A stretch of 64,000 bases of DNA from an uncultured Flavobacteriales bacterium. Its GTDB lineage: Bacteria; Bacteroidota; Bacteroidia; Flavobacteriales_G; Salibacteraceae. Location: NCBI GenBank assembly GCA_913057205.1, contig CAJXNO010000006.1, positions 1,778 to 65,777 of the forward strand, given 5' to 3'. Positions 9,230-18,907 of the stretch are shown in pieces. A program made the position numbers and the translations under genes. The notes beneath the pieces are model-generated. The model was not told the DNA's origin and searched no databases. It saw nothing but the letters and a program-made list of their open reading frames with translations. How positions within the stretch are numbered: the first letter of the stretch is position 1; every line of letters begins with the position of its first letter.

Positions 9230-9907
9230 TTATTTTGTCCAGAATACTTCTAATTCAACGCCTTCTTGCCCGTTGAACCCTCCGATTGGGTAGGGCAAGT
9301 AGCCTTCTTGCTGGAGTGCGTTTGTGAGTACCTGTTGCTTCTCCTCGCCATAGCAATGCAAGAGCAAACGATGCGTTTGGAGAAGCGCCTTTCGTGTAAA
9401 TGTAATCCTTTGATAGGGAGCGGTAACCGGTTCAGTAATCATCAAGTCCTCCTTTTGATCAAGTGCCATACCCAGATCTAGCTGAGGCGATTCTGGAAAG
9501 AGAGAAGCGGTGTGTCCATCGCCACCCATTCCAAGGATTACCACAGAAAAAGGACGCTGGATCTGCTTTACCTCTTCCTTCAGCACTTGCATGTTTCGGT
9601 GAATGTCACTTGGATCTTGCACCATCGGAAGATAGACGGCCCTGCGTGCTTCGCTCTGAAGCAAGTGTGCCTTGATCAGGATGCCGTTTTGATCTTCGTG
9701 CCCATCAGGCAGAAAACGTTCATCCACCAATGTGATGATCACCTTCTCCCACGGAATACTCCGCTGTGAAAGCACCTTGAACAATCCTTTCGGGGTAGAC
9801 CCGCCAGAAACGAGCAGACTTGCCTGTCCGCGATCATCGATATCCTTCTGTAGTTGATGGCAGACCTCGTCTGCGAGCTTCTCTTCTAATGCGCTTCTAT
9901 CCAGCAT
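9230..9907 (-). CDS. pgl: 6-phosphogluconolactonase
   Basis: SGGSTP, DERF and LGMGGDGHTASLFP motifs. It overlaps zwf by 11 nt. Confidence 0.9.
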   Translation of the reverse strand: MLDRSALEEKLADEVCHQLQKDIDDRGQASLLVSGGSTPKGLFKVLSQRSIPWEKVIITLVDERFLPDGHEDQNGILIKAHLLQSEARRAVYLPMVQDPSDIHRNMQVLKEEVKQIQRPFSVVILGMGGDGHTASLFPESPQLDLGMALDQKEDLMITEPVTAPYQRITFTRKALLQTHRLLLHCYGEEKQQVLTNALQQEGYLPYPIGGFNGQEGVELEVFWTK

Positions 9908-11402
9908 TGCCCTCCATCTTCTTCTGTACTTTCAGTATGTGTCTTGATTTCACCCAGAAATCAGGCTCTGACATGATTCGGTCTCCGGGACCCCATGAGC
10001 CTGCTTCGTAGAGCACGTTCGGAACCTTCTGCTTCTCCCAGTTATTCAGAATGGTTTCCACCCATTCCCATGAAGCCTTCACCTCATCGCGACGCATGAA
10101 GAGGGTTTGGTTTCCGCGCACCACATCCATCAACAAGCGCTCATAAGCATCTGGGAAACGGTCTTCAAAATGATCCGCGTAATCGAGCTCCAAAGAGAAG
10201 GGCTTGTAGCGGTATCCGCCTGGTCCAGGGATTTTCACCATCTGCTGCAACTCAATGCGTTCCTCCGGTTGCAAGCGTATGGTCAAGCGATTATTCTGGA
10301 TGTCTTTCTTCTCTGGGAACAGGTTATGTGGAACTTGCTTGAAGTTGATCACAATCTCTGAGTATCGGTGTGGTAGGCGCTTACCGGTGCGCAAGTAAAA
10401 CGGAACACCGCCCCAGCGCCAATTGTCAACGTAGGTCTTCAGCGCTACAAATGTCTCCGTACTCGAATCATACTTCTCAATGTCTTCCAAATAGGATGGC
10501 ATCTCCTCTCCTTTGGTCTTTCCCTTTGTGTACTGTCCTCGAACCGTATGGGTATGAATGGTCTCCTTGTCATAAGGGCGAAGGGCCTTGAGCACCTTGA
10601 GCTTTTCGTCGCGTACTTCATCGGCATCCAGCAGCACCGGTGGCTCCATGGCGATCAAACACAAGAGTTGAAGCAAGTGGTTCTGCACCATATCACGCAA
10701 AGCACCGTACTGATCATAAAAGCCACCTCGCGAGCCTACGCCCAAGGATTCCGCAACGGTGATCTGGATGTTATCGATCTCTTGCGCATTCCAAGAACGC
10801 TCGAAGATGTTATTCGCAAAACGCAGGACCATCAGGTTCTGAACGGTCTCCTTACCGAGGTAGTGATCGATCCGATAAATGCGGTCTTCTGAGAAGTATT
10901 CCGCTACTTGGTCGTTCACCTCTTCTGACGACTTCAGGTCTCGTCCTAGGGGCTTCTCCAATACGACCCTTGAATGGTCGGTCAAATAGGTCTTCTCATC
11001 GAGGTAAGCACATATACCGCCGAACGCTGTGGCCGGCGTAGCCAAGTAAAAGACCCTAATTCGGTCAGCTTCTGCTTGGTCGAACCACTTATCTGCTGTC
11101 TCATCTTGTTTGCCCTTTCCAGGGTCGATGGAGGCGTTGGTGATCATCCCTAATAGCTCACCAAGCACTTTTTCATTCACCTCATCAATGTAATTTCTGA
11201 GGTTCTCTTCTACGCGACCCATGAAGGCAGTCGATTCATATTCACGACGAGATACCGCTAAGATGCGACTGCGGTTGTTGATCTGCTTTTCTAAAAGTCG
11301 GTAATACAGTGCGGGATAGATCTTTCGAAAGGCGAGATCTCCGTCACCGCCGAAGACGATCAGATCGAAATCGTCCATTTGTTGATGTTGTATTGTGGTC
11401 AT
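9897..11402 (-). CDS. zwf: glucose-6-phosphate 1-dehydrogenase
   Basis: GGDGDLAFRK, RIDHYLGKE and EKPxG motifs; 501 aa. Confidence 0.95.
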   Translation of the reverse strand: MTTIQHQQMDDFDLIVFGGDGDLAFRKIYPALYYRLLEKQINNRSRILAVSRREYESTAFMGRVEENLRNYIDEVNEKVLGELLGMITNASIDPGKGKQDETADKWFDQAEADRIRVFYLATPATAFGGICAYLDEKTYLTDHSRVVLEKPLGRDLKSSEEVNDQVAEYFSEDRIYRIDHYLGKETVQNLMVLRFANNIFERSWNAQEIDNIQITVAESLGVGSRGGFYDQYGALRDMVQNHLLQLLCLIAMEPPVLLDADEVRDEKLKVLKALRPYDKETIHTHTVRGQYTKGKTKGEEMPSYLEDIEKYDSSTETFVALKTYVDNWRWGGVPFYLRTGKRLPHRYSEIVINFKQVPHNLFPEKKDIQNNRLTIRLQPEERIELQQMVKIPGPGGYRYKPFSLELDYADHFEDRFPDAYERLLMDVVRGNQTLFMRRDEVKASWEWVETILNNWEKQKVPNVLYEAGSWGPGDRIMSEPDFWVKSRHILKVQKKMEGNAG

Positions 11403-11418
11403 TTTGATAGGTGTTGCC

Positions 11419-11426
11419 CAAATGTA
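11419..11426 (-). promoter_or_regulatory. Bacteroidota -7 promoter box (TACATTTG on the minus strand)
   Basis: Perfect TAnnTTTG, 16 nt upstream of the zwf ATG and 4 nt downstream of the palindrome. Confidence 0.4.
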
Positions 11427-11430
11427 GTCA

Positions 11431-11455
11431 ACTTAGTGTAGTATTCACACTAAGT
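11431..11455. promoter_or_regulatory. candidate operator ACTTAGTGT-N7-ACACTAAGT upstream of zwf-pgl-edd-eda
   Basis: Perfect 9-bp inverted arms with a 7-nt spacer. The half-site and spacing match those at 6005-6029. Confidence 0.6.
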
Positions 11456-11512
11456 CTGATATAATTTACATTCAGGCGTTTTATTTAATCTGCGCTTAAT
11501 ATTGTGGGCGAA

Positions 11513-11947
11513 ATGATGGATTGGTTCGACATAGGGTTGATGGGTTTGTTCCTCGCGAGCTTCTTGGCGGCGACGGTGCTTCCGTTCAGTTCAGAAGCGA
11601 TGCTGGCCGGAACGCTGCTGGCTGGCTTCGACCCGATGTCTTGTCTCATCGCTGCATCCGCTGGAAACACCCTCGGTGGCATGAGCAGCTACTTGCTCGG
11701 CTACCTCGGCGATTGGCGAAAGATCGGAAAATGGCTACGAACGCCCGAGGAAAAGGTACTCCGCTGGGAGAAGCTCGTGAAGCGATACGGGGCTTTTACC
11801 GCACTGCTCTGTTGGCTGCCCTTCATCGGTGATGTCATTGCCATTGCACTTGGAATATTTCGGGTAAAGGCTATGCCCATGGCTTTCTGGATGCTCCTAG
11901 GGAAGACCGCCCGCTACGCGATCCTCGTTTACATGATCACGGGTTAA
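11513..11947 (+). CDS. YqaA-family (DedA/SNARE-associated superfamily) membrane protein
   Basis: About 145 aa with 4 hydrophobic segments. The LPFSSEA...GN.LG....Y pattern is typical of YqaA. I prefer the ATG at 11513 over the GTG at 11504. Confidence 0.65.
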   Translation: MMDWFDIGLMGLFLASFLAATVLPFSSEAMLAGTLLAGFDPMSCLIAASAGNTLGGMSSYLLGYLGDWRKIGKWLRTPEEKVLRWEKLVKRYGAFTALLCWLPFIGDVIAIALGIFRVKAMPMAFWMLLGKTARYAILVYMITG

Positions 11948-11951
11948 CAGG

Positions 11952-14900
11952 TCAAGCGCTTGCAGACTCCAACGCCATTACCTCACCCAAGGCGTCTACT
12001 GCCCGCTCCAGCGTGCTGATGTTGGTGAACACCAAACTCAAACGATCATTGCGTTCCCTCAACTGAACACGATTAGGGTTGGCTTGCACGAACTGCAGCA
12101 CTTTCGTAAAGCGGGGCGACTCGAAGTAACTCGAATCTTTATCCGACAAGAAGTAGCCGATCAACTTCTTCGACTTGAAGACCACCTTCTCGAAACCGAT
12201 CTCCTTACCCGCCCAGATCAAACGCTTCGACTTCAATAAGCGTTCGATTGGTGGGGTAATCGGACCAAATCGGTCCTCCAGACCTTCCTGAAAGCGAACC
12301 AATTTTTCCTCGTTATTCACCTCTGCCAACTGACGGTACACCGCCATACGTTCGGTGATGTTGTTGATGTAGTCGTCCGGTATCAAGACCTCCAAGTCGG
12401 TTTCCAACTGGCAGTCGCTCACGTACTGGCGGTCTTTGTCCTCCTCAAACAAGCCCTTGAACTCGGTCTCCTTTAACTCTTCCATCGCTTCTTCGAGGAT
12501 CTTCTGATAGGTCTCGTAACCGATGTCAGTGATGAAACCACTTTGCTCACCACCCAGTAGGTTCCCTGCACCTCGTATGTCCAGGTCGCGCATAGCGATG
12601 TTGAATCCGCTGCCAAGATCGCTGAACTGCTCGATCGCCGTTAGTCGCTTTCGGGCTTCACTGGTTAAGGAGCTCAGTGGCGGACAAAGCAAATAGCAGA
12701 AGGCCTTGCGATTTGATCGTCCTACCCGACCCCTCATCTGATGAAGGTCGCTTAAACCGAAGTTCTGTGCTTGATTGATGATGATGGTATTGGCATTAGG
12801 GATGTCTAAGCCACTCTCGATGATGGAAGTTGAAACCAACACATCAAAGTCACCTTCGATGAAGCGCATCATGATATCTTCCAGTTGCTTGCCGTCCATT
12901 TGACCGTGTGCAAACTCAATGGTGGCCTTCGGCACGATCTTCTTGATCATGGCGCACACCTCACCGATGTTCTGGATGCGGTTATGGATGAAAAACACCT
13001 GTCCGTTACGTGTCAACTCGGCATATATGGCGTCTTTGATCACCGCCTCATTGAAGGTATGAAGCTCTGTTTGCACCGGGTAGCGGTTAGGCGGCGGGGT
13101 ATTGATGATGCTCAAATCGCGCGCGCCCATCAACGAGAACTGAAGCGTACGCGGAATCGGAGTAGCCGTGAGTGTAAGCGTATCCACATTCACCTTCATC
13201 GTCTTGAGCTTGTCCTTCACGCCTACACCAAACTTCTGCTCCTCGTCGATGATCATCAGTCCCAGGTCTTTGAACTTCACGTCCTTACTCACCAAACGGT
13301 GTGTGCCGATGAGGATGTCTACCTTCCCTTCTGCCAGGTTCTTCAACGTCTCCTTTTGCTGCTTGGTGCTGCGGAAGCGATTGATGTAATCCACCTTCAC
13401 CGGAAAGTCTTTGAGTCGATCGCTGAAGGTTTTGTAGTGCTGCATGGTTAGGATGGTCGTGGGGGCCAACACGGCCACTTGCTTTCCGTCTGTTGCTGCC
13501 TTGAAGGCTGCACGGATCGCTACCTCTGTTTTACCAAAGCCGACATCACCACAAACCAAGCGATCCATCGGATAGGGCTTCTCCAAATCAGCTTTTACTG
13601 CTGCGGTAGCCTTCTCTTGGTCTGGCGTGTCTTCATAGATGAAGGATGACTCCAACTCGGTTTGAAGGTAGGTATCGGGATGATAGGCGAAGCCTTTCTT
13701 CATCTTCCGCTCAGCATAGAGCTTGATCAGGTCATAGGCGATCTCCTTTACCTTCTTCTTGGTCTTGTTCTTGAGGTTCTGCCAAGCATTTGAGCCGAGC
13801 TTATTGACCTTAGGTGCAGTTCCTTCCTTTCCGACATACTTGGAGATCCGGTGCAAGGAGTGAATGGAAACGTACAACACATCACCACCGGAATAGATCA
13901 AACGAATGGCCTCTTGCATCTTGCCGTTCACCTCAATCTTCTGAATGCCGGAGTATTCGCCCACACCATGGTCGATGTGTACTACAAAATCACCGGGCTG
14001 CAGGTCAGTGAGCTCCTTCAAGGTGATCTGGCGCTCGGCATCGGCGAAGCCTTCTTTCAAGCGATAGCGATGATAGCGTTCGAAAAGCTGATGATCGGTG
14101 TAGCACACCACCTTCAGGTCATGGTCGATGAAACCTTCGTGGATGGCCGTGTTGATCCCCTCAAAGTCAAACGGGCGCTCGGAAGCCTCTCTATTGGTTA
14201 GAATGTCTTCAAAGATCTGATGCAAACGGGCGATCTGCTTCGGGTTTGATGCGAAGATGTAGTTGTAGAACCCGTTCTTCGTGTGGTTCGTGAGGTCGTT
14301 GATGAGGAGGTCAAAGTTCTTGTTGAAGCTGGTCTGTGGCGACTGATTGAAACGAATCTCCACATCTGGCTTCATGACGCTCGGACGGTCAAACTCCACC
14401 TGGCTGTAGTTGTTGAGCTGATCTAAAAATGCCTCCTCTGAGAGGTACAATTCCGGCGGCGGCAATGCCTTTACCTCACCCTTCCTACGGTCAAAGCACT
14501 CCACGGCATGCTCAAATGACGTTTGCACATGCTCTTGGATGAGTTCGAAATTCTTGAGCCAAACGGCTGTATGTTCCGGCAGGTATTCCAGAAAGCTCTG
14601 GCGCACTTCCTTCACCGCTTGCTTCTGCACATCGGGAATGATGGTAATGTGACCGTGATCTTTGACACTTAATTGCGACACCGGATCAAAAGTTCGAAGG
14701 CTGTCTACTTCTTTCCCGAACAATTCCACACGGTAAGGCTTGTCGTTTGAAAAGCTCCATATGTCAATGATCCCACCGCGGATTGCATATTGACCTGGCT
14801 CGTAGACAAAATCCACCCGCTCAAACTCCAATTCTTGGAGCATCTCATTCACGAAATCCTGCGATAGTTCGTCGCCGATCTTAATCGCCAAGGTATTCTT

Positions 14901-15350
14901 GCTCAGCTGTTGCTTGGTCACTACCTTCTCGCTAAGTGCGTCGGCATAGGTAACGATCACAAAATGTCGTTTACGGGTATTGATGGCATTCAAAACCTCT
15001 GCGCGCATCAGGCCGCTTTCACCCTCCTTCTTCTTACCACGGTACTCCTCTTCAGGAACATCATGTCGATCATACGGCTTCTTATCGCTGTGCGGAAAGA
15101 AGAAAACACGATTGGGAGAGATGAGGTTTTGCAGATCGTTGTAGAAGTACGCCGCCTCTTCCCGATCATTGAACACCAGCAGGTGATGCACATCATATTT
15201 CTTGAAACCCGCTGCAAGGATGAAACTCAGCGCTGAACCTGAAACCCCCTTCAGGCGATGCCGAACAGGCACAGCAAGGTCAGGTCCAAAATCAAAAAGG
15301 TCGATGTTCGGACTAGCGAAAAAGCGCTTTTTGAGGTCTTCAATACCCAC
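11952..15350 (-). CDS. mfd: transcription-repair coupling factor
   Basis: 1132 aa with a UvrB-like N-terminal region, a CarD-like domain (GDFVVHIDHGVGEY), SF2 helicase motifs (GDVGFGKTEVA, DEEQKFG) and a TRG motif. The start appears to be GTG. Confidence 0.95.
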   Translation of the reverse strand: MGIEDLKKRFFASPNIDLFDFGPDLAVPVRHRLKGVSGSALSFILAAGFKKYDVHHLLVFNDREEAAYFYNDLQNLISPNRVFFFPHSDKKPYDRHDVPEEEYRGKKKEGESGLMRAEVLNAINTRKRHFVIVTYADALSEKVVTKQQLSKNTLAIKIGDELSQDFVNEMLQELEFERVDFVYEPGQYAIRGGIIDIWSFSNDKPYRVELFGKEVDSLRTFDPVSQLSVKDHGHITIIPDVQKQAVKEVRQSFLEYLPEHTAVWLKNFELIQEHVQTSFEHAVECFDRRKGEVKALPPPELYLSEEAFLDQLNNYSQVEFDRPSVMKPDVEIRFNQSPQTSFNKNFDLLINDLTNHTKNGFYNYIFASNPKQIARLHQIFEDILTNREASERPFDFEGINTAIHEGFIDHDLKVVCYTDHQLFERYHRYRLKEGFADAERQITLKELTDLQPGDFVVHIDHGVGEYSGIQKIEVNGKMQEAIRLIYSGGDVLYVSIHSLHRISKYVGKEGTAPKVNKLGSNAWQNLKNKTKKKVKEIAYDLIKLYAERKMKKGFAYHPDTYLQTELESSFIYEDTPDQEKATAAVKADLEKPYPMDRLVCGDVGFGKTEVAIRAAFKAATDGKQVAVLAPTTILTMQHYKTFSDRLKDFPVKVDYINRFRSTKQQKETLKNLAEGKVDILIGTHRLVSKDVKFKDLGLMIIDEEQKFGVGVKDKLKTMKVNVDTLTLTATPIPRTLQFSLMGARDLSIINTPPPNRYPVQTELHTFNEAVIKDAIYAELTRNGQVFFIHNRIQNIGEVCAMIKKIVPKATIEFAHGQMDGKQLEDIMMRFIEGDFDVLVSTSIIESGLDIPNANTIIINQAQNFGLSDLHQMRGRVGRSNRKAFCYLLCPPLSSLTSEARKRLTAIEQFSDLGSGFNIAMRDLDIRGAGNLLGGEQSGFITDIGYETYQKILEEAMEELKETEFKGLFEEDKDRQYVSDCQLETDLEVLIPDDYINNITERMAVYRQLAEVNNEEKLVRFQEGLEDRFGPITPPIERLLKSKRLIWAGKEIGFEKVVFKSKKLIGYFLSDKDSSYFESPRFTKVLQFVQANPNRVQLRERNDRLSLVFTNISTLERAVDALGEVMALESASA

Positions 15351-15442
15351 GAGTAAGCTAAACAGCGAAGATGCAGAAAAGATGTGTGAAGCGTCAAAAT
15401 GAGTAATCTCAGGTCGGAACAGGAGCTGCCAAACGAATGCGC

Positions 15443-18400
15443 TTAATCAAGAATGCGCCGCTGAGCAAGCTTCACATCGATGCGAACGATTTCCTTGTCG
15501 CGATGGAACACATGTTTAGACTCCTCAACAGACAACGCATTTCCTTCGATCTTTCGTTGTTCGCCGTTTTTCATGTACAGGGTGATGGCGTCTGTTTCCG
15601 CCTTATGGTACACCACAGGCACCTGACAGTACGTGAATGCCATGGCACCAGCATCAACAGCTATCGTTTTCCATTCATGGTCCAGCCCATAGTACTCGAA
15701 GGTCTTTGGTTCAGGTAGGAATTCCGTTACGCGAAGGAAGCGTGGCTTGAAACTCAATCGGCCGTTTTCCACACGCACACCGAGCTCTGCCCATCGGTTC
15801 AGCACATCTTCTTTCACTTGACCCGTCATACCAGGTTGTTGCGCACCCTTGTTCTTGGGTGTATGCGAGTAAGGGTCGGTTGGGAAGGCTCCGTAGACCT
15901 TTGGGTTCTTGTTAATTCCTATTCCCGCTCGCACCTCGAAGTAGTGCTCCGCCAGTTGACCAAAAACCGCTTCAGAAGCATCCTCATCCATCGACCAGAT
16001 CACTTCTTGGATGCTGACCAGAAGCTTCGAGACCATGTGCCAATAAATGCAGCCCAATCCCTCGTAACCATAGAAGGTTCCGCTGCGTCCGGTGAAGGCT
16101 TCGTGGTTGAAGAGCTCTTCAAACAAGGCCAGAATATGGGAGCGCTCTGCCTGAACTTCTTCCGCGTATCCCGAAGCTGCCAATCGATTCAAGGCACGCA
16201 CCACATCGTTGGCATTATGGAAATCACCGTTGAAATGGTAAGCACCATCGATCCCTTGTCTGATGAGGTCCTTATTGCCATCGTCAACCAGCCTGCGCAC
16301 CAAAGCCGAGTCGTCCAAACGCTGTTGAACGATCTTATTCTTCTCTAGGAACGATGAAAGCTTACGGTCTGGATAGAGTAAGTAACTGTACTGATCATCC
16401 CTGAACATCGCACTGCTGCGAAGGGCGTCTAGCACGCGCTTGCTCTCTGCTGCGTTGAGGTAGCCTGAAGAAAGGATGGCTACCTGACCTTCCAGCATTT
16501 CGTACAGATGGCTGATCGAAGCCTTATCGGGCGACAAGTGGAGCAGATTATAGCTATGGAACAATCCATCCTCGCGTTCATTCACTCCAATGCTCTGGTC
16601 AACAAACCGAAGGGCAAGGTGCATGAAAGCTTTGATATCCTGGATCTTCACCCGTTGCTTGTTTCCTAAAAATCCAGAATAAGCAGAAGTGCGATAGTGC
16701 TCACCTGCGATACCAAACCGATCCATCAAGGTTCTTCGCTCCTCATCATTGAAGCCCTGACTTAGTAAATCTTCCCGGGTTGAAAAGCCCCTAGAGAGCG
16801 CGTCCATGAGGTCAGACACCGGCTTATTCAACTCAAGTTCATCCAAGCCAGACGAATCGAGAAGGTCTGAGAAAAAGATCAAGAACTTGCGTAGATAGCA
16901 TAAGGTGATCACCGATACTCCGTTTCCAACCAATGCGTTGTTGGCGTCGTTCCACTCCGGACGCTGGGTATTCAGCCAAATCCCTGCTTCCGGTATGAAG
17001 TTATAGAGCTTGGTCAATGAGGTCACGAGTAGCTTCTCACACATGTTCGCACGCACCAAGTTACCTTCGGCATCCCATGACATCTTACCATCCTCTCCAA
17101 GGTCTTCTACACGCTCTTGGATCTTCTTGGCAAGGCTGTTGTCATAGTCAATGGTCTCTCTGGGGTTCATCAAAATGGCGTCGTAACCCCTGATCTTGTA
17201 AGGCACGTTAGCGTAGACAAAGGCCGGCTTATTCAACATCTCCTCTAGCTTGCCTGGAGCAAACTCTTTGAACATGGTCAGCAATCGAAGCAGGTACACG
17301 ATCTGGTGATCGCCCCAATAACCGATGTAGGACCATGGATCATTGGGATCACTTACCTCCCAATCGATGCCATCTGACGTGATGCGATAAGGATTATATC
17401 CATCAATGGTCGATGCATTCAAGAAACGATTGATCATCCCCTGCAGATAGCCTGGGAAGGAGTAGCTGAGTGCCTCCCAGTTCTGGAAGATATCGCGCCA
17501 GTTGCCCTCATAGCTCTTTACCTCACGACCGTGCTCGTCCTTTACGTTGATGGTAAAGTGGTTCCAAGGGCGACTCGGATCGCCATGTCTACGGCTGAAC
17601 GAGAGCGGCAAGAATTCTGAGCATATTCGCTGCAGATCGATGTCGTTTCTCTCGCTCAGAAACGCATTTAACTCTTGCAAGGAGAAAGCAGTTCCGAGCG
17701 TTTCAAGGTCGTCTTTAGAAGCTTTATAGACTTTTTTGTTGACGCTCTTAACGTACTTCAACAAGTCTTTCTTCTCAATACGATATTGGTCTTCGAAGGT
17801 GCCCCCACGCATGATGTTGTAGAGCACATTAGACATGTGCCTTCCGGTGCTGAGTTGTTCGTTGGTAAGTTGTAAGCCATCTGCCTTTCCGAGCTTCTTC
17901 CTCAATGCCGTACGATTCACTTCCATGTCCTCATCGAGTAGAGCAGACAGGTTTTCGGTTTCATTGATGACCTTTCGGAGTTCGGTCAGATCAGCTAAAG
18001 ATCGGTTCACATCAGCTACGATGTACCACCTGGCTGAACGATCCGGCTCTAGGTCTACCGTCGCATGGATGAAGTATGCACCTTTTTCTGCCCGCACCAA
18101 TTCTTCATTCGAAAGACCTTTGCCCCTGCGAAAAGCTTCCAACTGCATACTAGAAAGCAGGATGTGTTCAGTTTCCAGACCCGCTGACCAAACCACAGAG
18201 GCACGCAAAGCCTCACTGGGTTCAGCTCGGTCAACGATCATTGAACTCAAGGAAAAGATTCCAATGCCTGTCTTCGTATCCAGTTCATTTTTCTTGTAAG
18301 CATCAACCAGGTTACTGCGCGTCATTTGAATATGACTGCTTACTCCAAACGGCAGAATGTTCTGGATACCATCTACAAACTCGATCTGCACTTGCTCCTT

Positions 18401-18907
18401 TCCTTTGTTGAGGACTTGGATCTGACGTACAAAGCCAAAACGGTCTGAAGTAGTCCAGGTAGACCGAACTTGAAGCTCAACATCTAGGTTATACTCTTCG
18501 AAAATGACAACCGAACCCTCCATGGACTTGTATAAGTTGCGCTCGAGTCGATAGATGCCGTTGTATCGTTCTGAAAAGGGCTCCCAGATCGTGGTGCGAC
18601 CATTGCGACGAACCTTCAAGATCGCCTTGCCCCCCGTATTCTTCTGATTAAGGGTGATCTTATCGTCGGTTTCATAAGGAAACAAGGCCGTCTCTGGTGT
18701 GCGTCTTCCCGCAGTTACCCCTCCGTTACTCGACATGAACAACCAATGGTCTGATGGGCTCACGATACTCATGAAAAACGGGCGCATCATGTTCACGTTC
18801 GAGATCTTATAGAAGGTCTTACCATTGATCTCCATGTATGCTCCATGCACCTCTTCATCCTTCGCTACCCACGGGGTATTGCCCACATAAATCTGTTCCG
18901 TCATCAC
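15443..18907 (-). CDS. large cytoplasmic protein, putative GH149/GH94-clan beta-1,3-glucan (laminarin oligosaccharide) phosphorylase
   Basis: 1154 aa with no signal peptide. It is the last gene of the MFS-GH16-GH30 suboperon (ATGATGA overlap with GH30). RPEWNDANNAL (D654, nt 16946-16948) resembles the (D/E)WND catalytic-Asp motif of GH94-type phosphorylases. The size fits bacterial GH149. The gene itself is certain; the family call is from memory and context. Confidence 0.55.
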   Translation of the reverse strand: MMTEQIYVGNTPWVAKDEEVHGAYMEINGKTFYKISNVNMMRPFFMSIVSPSDHWLFMSSNGGVTAGRRTPETALFPYETDDKITLNQKNTGGKAILKVRRNGRTTIWEPFSERYNGIYRLERNLYKSMEGSVVIFEEYNLDVELQVRSTWTTSDRFGFVRQIQVLNKGKEQVQIEFVDGIQNILPFGVSSHIQMTRSNLVDAYKKNELDTKTGIGIFSLSSMIVDRAEPSEALRASVVWSAGLETEHILLSSMQLEAFRRGKGLSNEELVRAEKGAYFIHATVDLEPDRSARWYIVADVNRSLADLTELRKVINETENLSALLDEDMEVNRTALRKKLGKADGLQLTNEQLSTGRHMSNVLYNIMRGGTFEDQYRIEKKDLLKYVKSVNKKVYKASKDDLETLGTAFSLQELNAFLSERNDIDLQRICSEFLPLSFSRRHGDPSRPWNHFTINVKDEHGREVKSYEGNWRDIFQNWEALSYSFPGYLQGMINRFLNASTIDGYNPYRITSDGIDWEVSDPNDPWSYIGYWGDHQIVYLLRLLTMFKEFAPGKLEEMLNKPAFVYANVPYKIRGYDAILMNPRETIDYDNSLAKKIQERVEDLGEDGKMSWDAEGNLVRANMCEKLLVTSLTKLYNFIPEAGIWLNTQRPEWNDANNALVGNGVSVITLCYLRKFLIFFSDLLDSSGLDELELNKPVSDLMDALSRGFSTREDLLSQGFNDEERRTLMDRFGIAGEHYRTSAYSGFLGNKQRVKIQDIKAFMHLALRFVDQSIGVNEREDGLFHSYNLLHLSPDKASISHLYEMLEGQVAILSSGYLNAAESKRVLDALRSSAMFRDDQYSYLLYPDRKLSSFLEKNKIVQQRLDDSALVRRLVDDGNKDLIRQGIDGAYHFNGDFHNANDVVRALNRLAASGYAEEVQAERSHILALFEELFNHEAFTGRSGTFYGYEGLGCIYWHMVSKLLVSIQEVIWSMDEDASEAVFGQLAEHYFEVRAGIGINKNPKVYGAFPTDPYSHTPKNKGAQQPGMTGQVKEDVLNRWAELGVRVENGRLSFKPRFLRVTEFLPEPKTFEYYGLDHEWKTIAVDAGAMAFTYCQVPVVYHKAETDAITLYMKNGEQRKIEGNALSVEESKHVFHRDKEIVRIDVKLAQRRILD

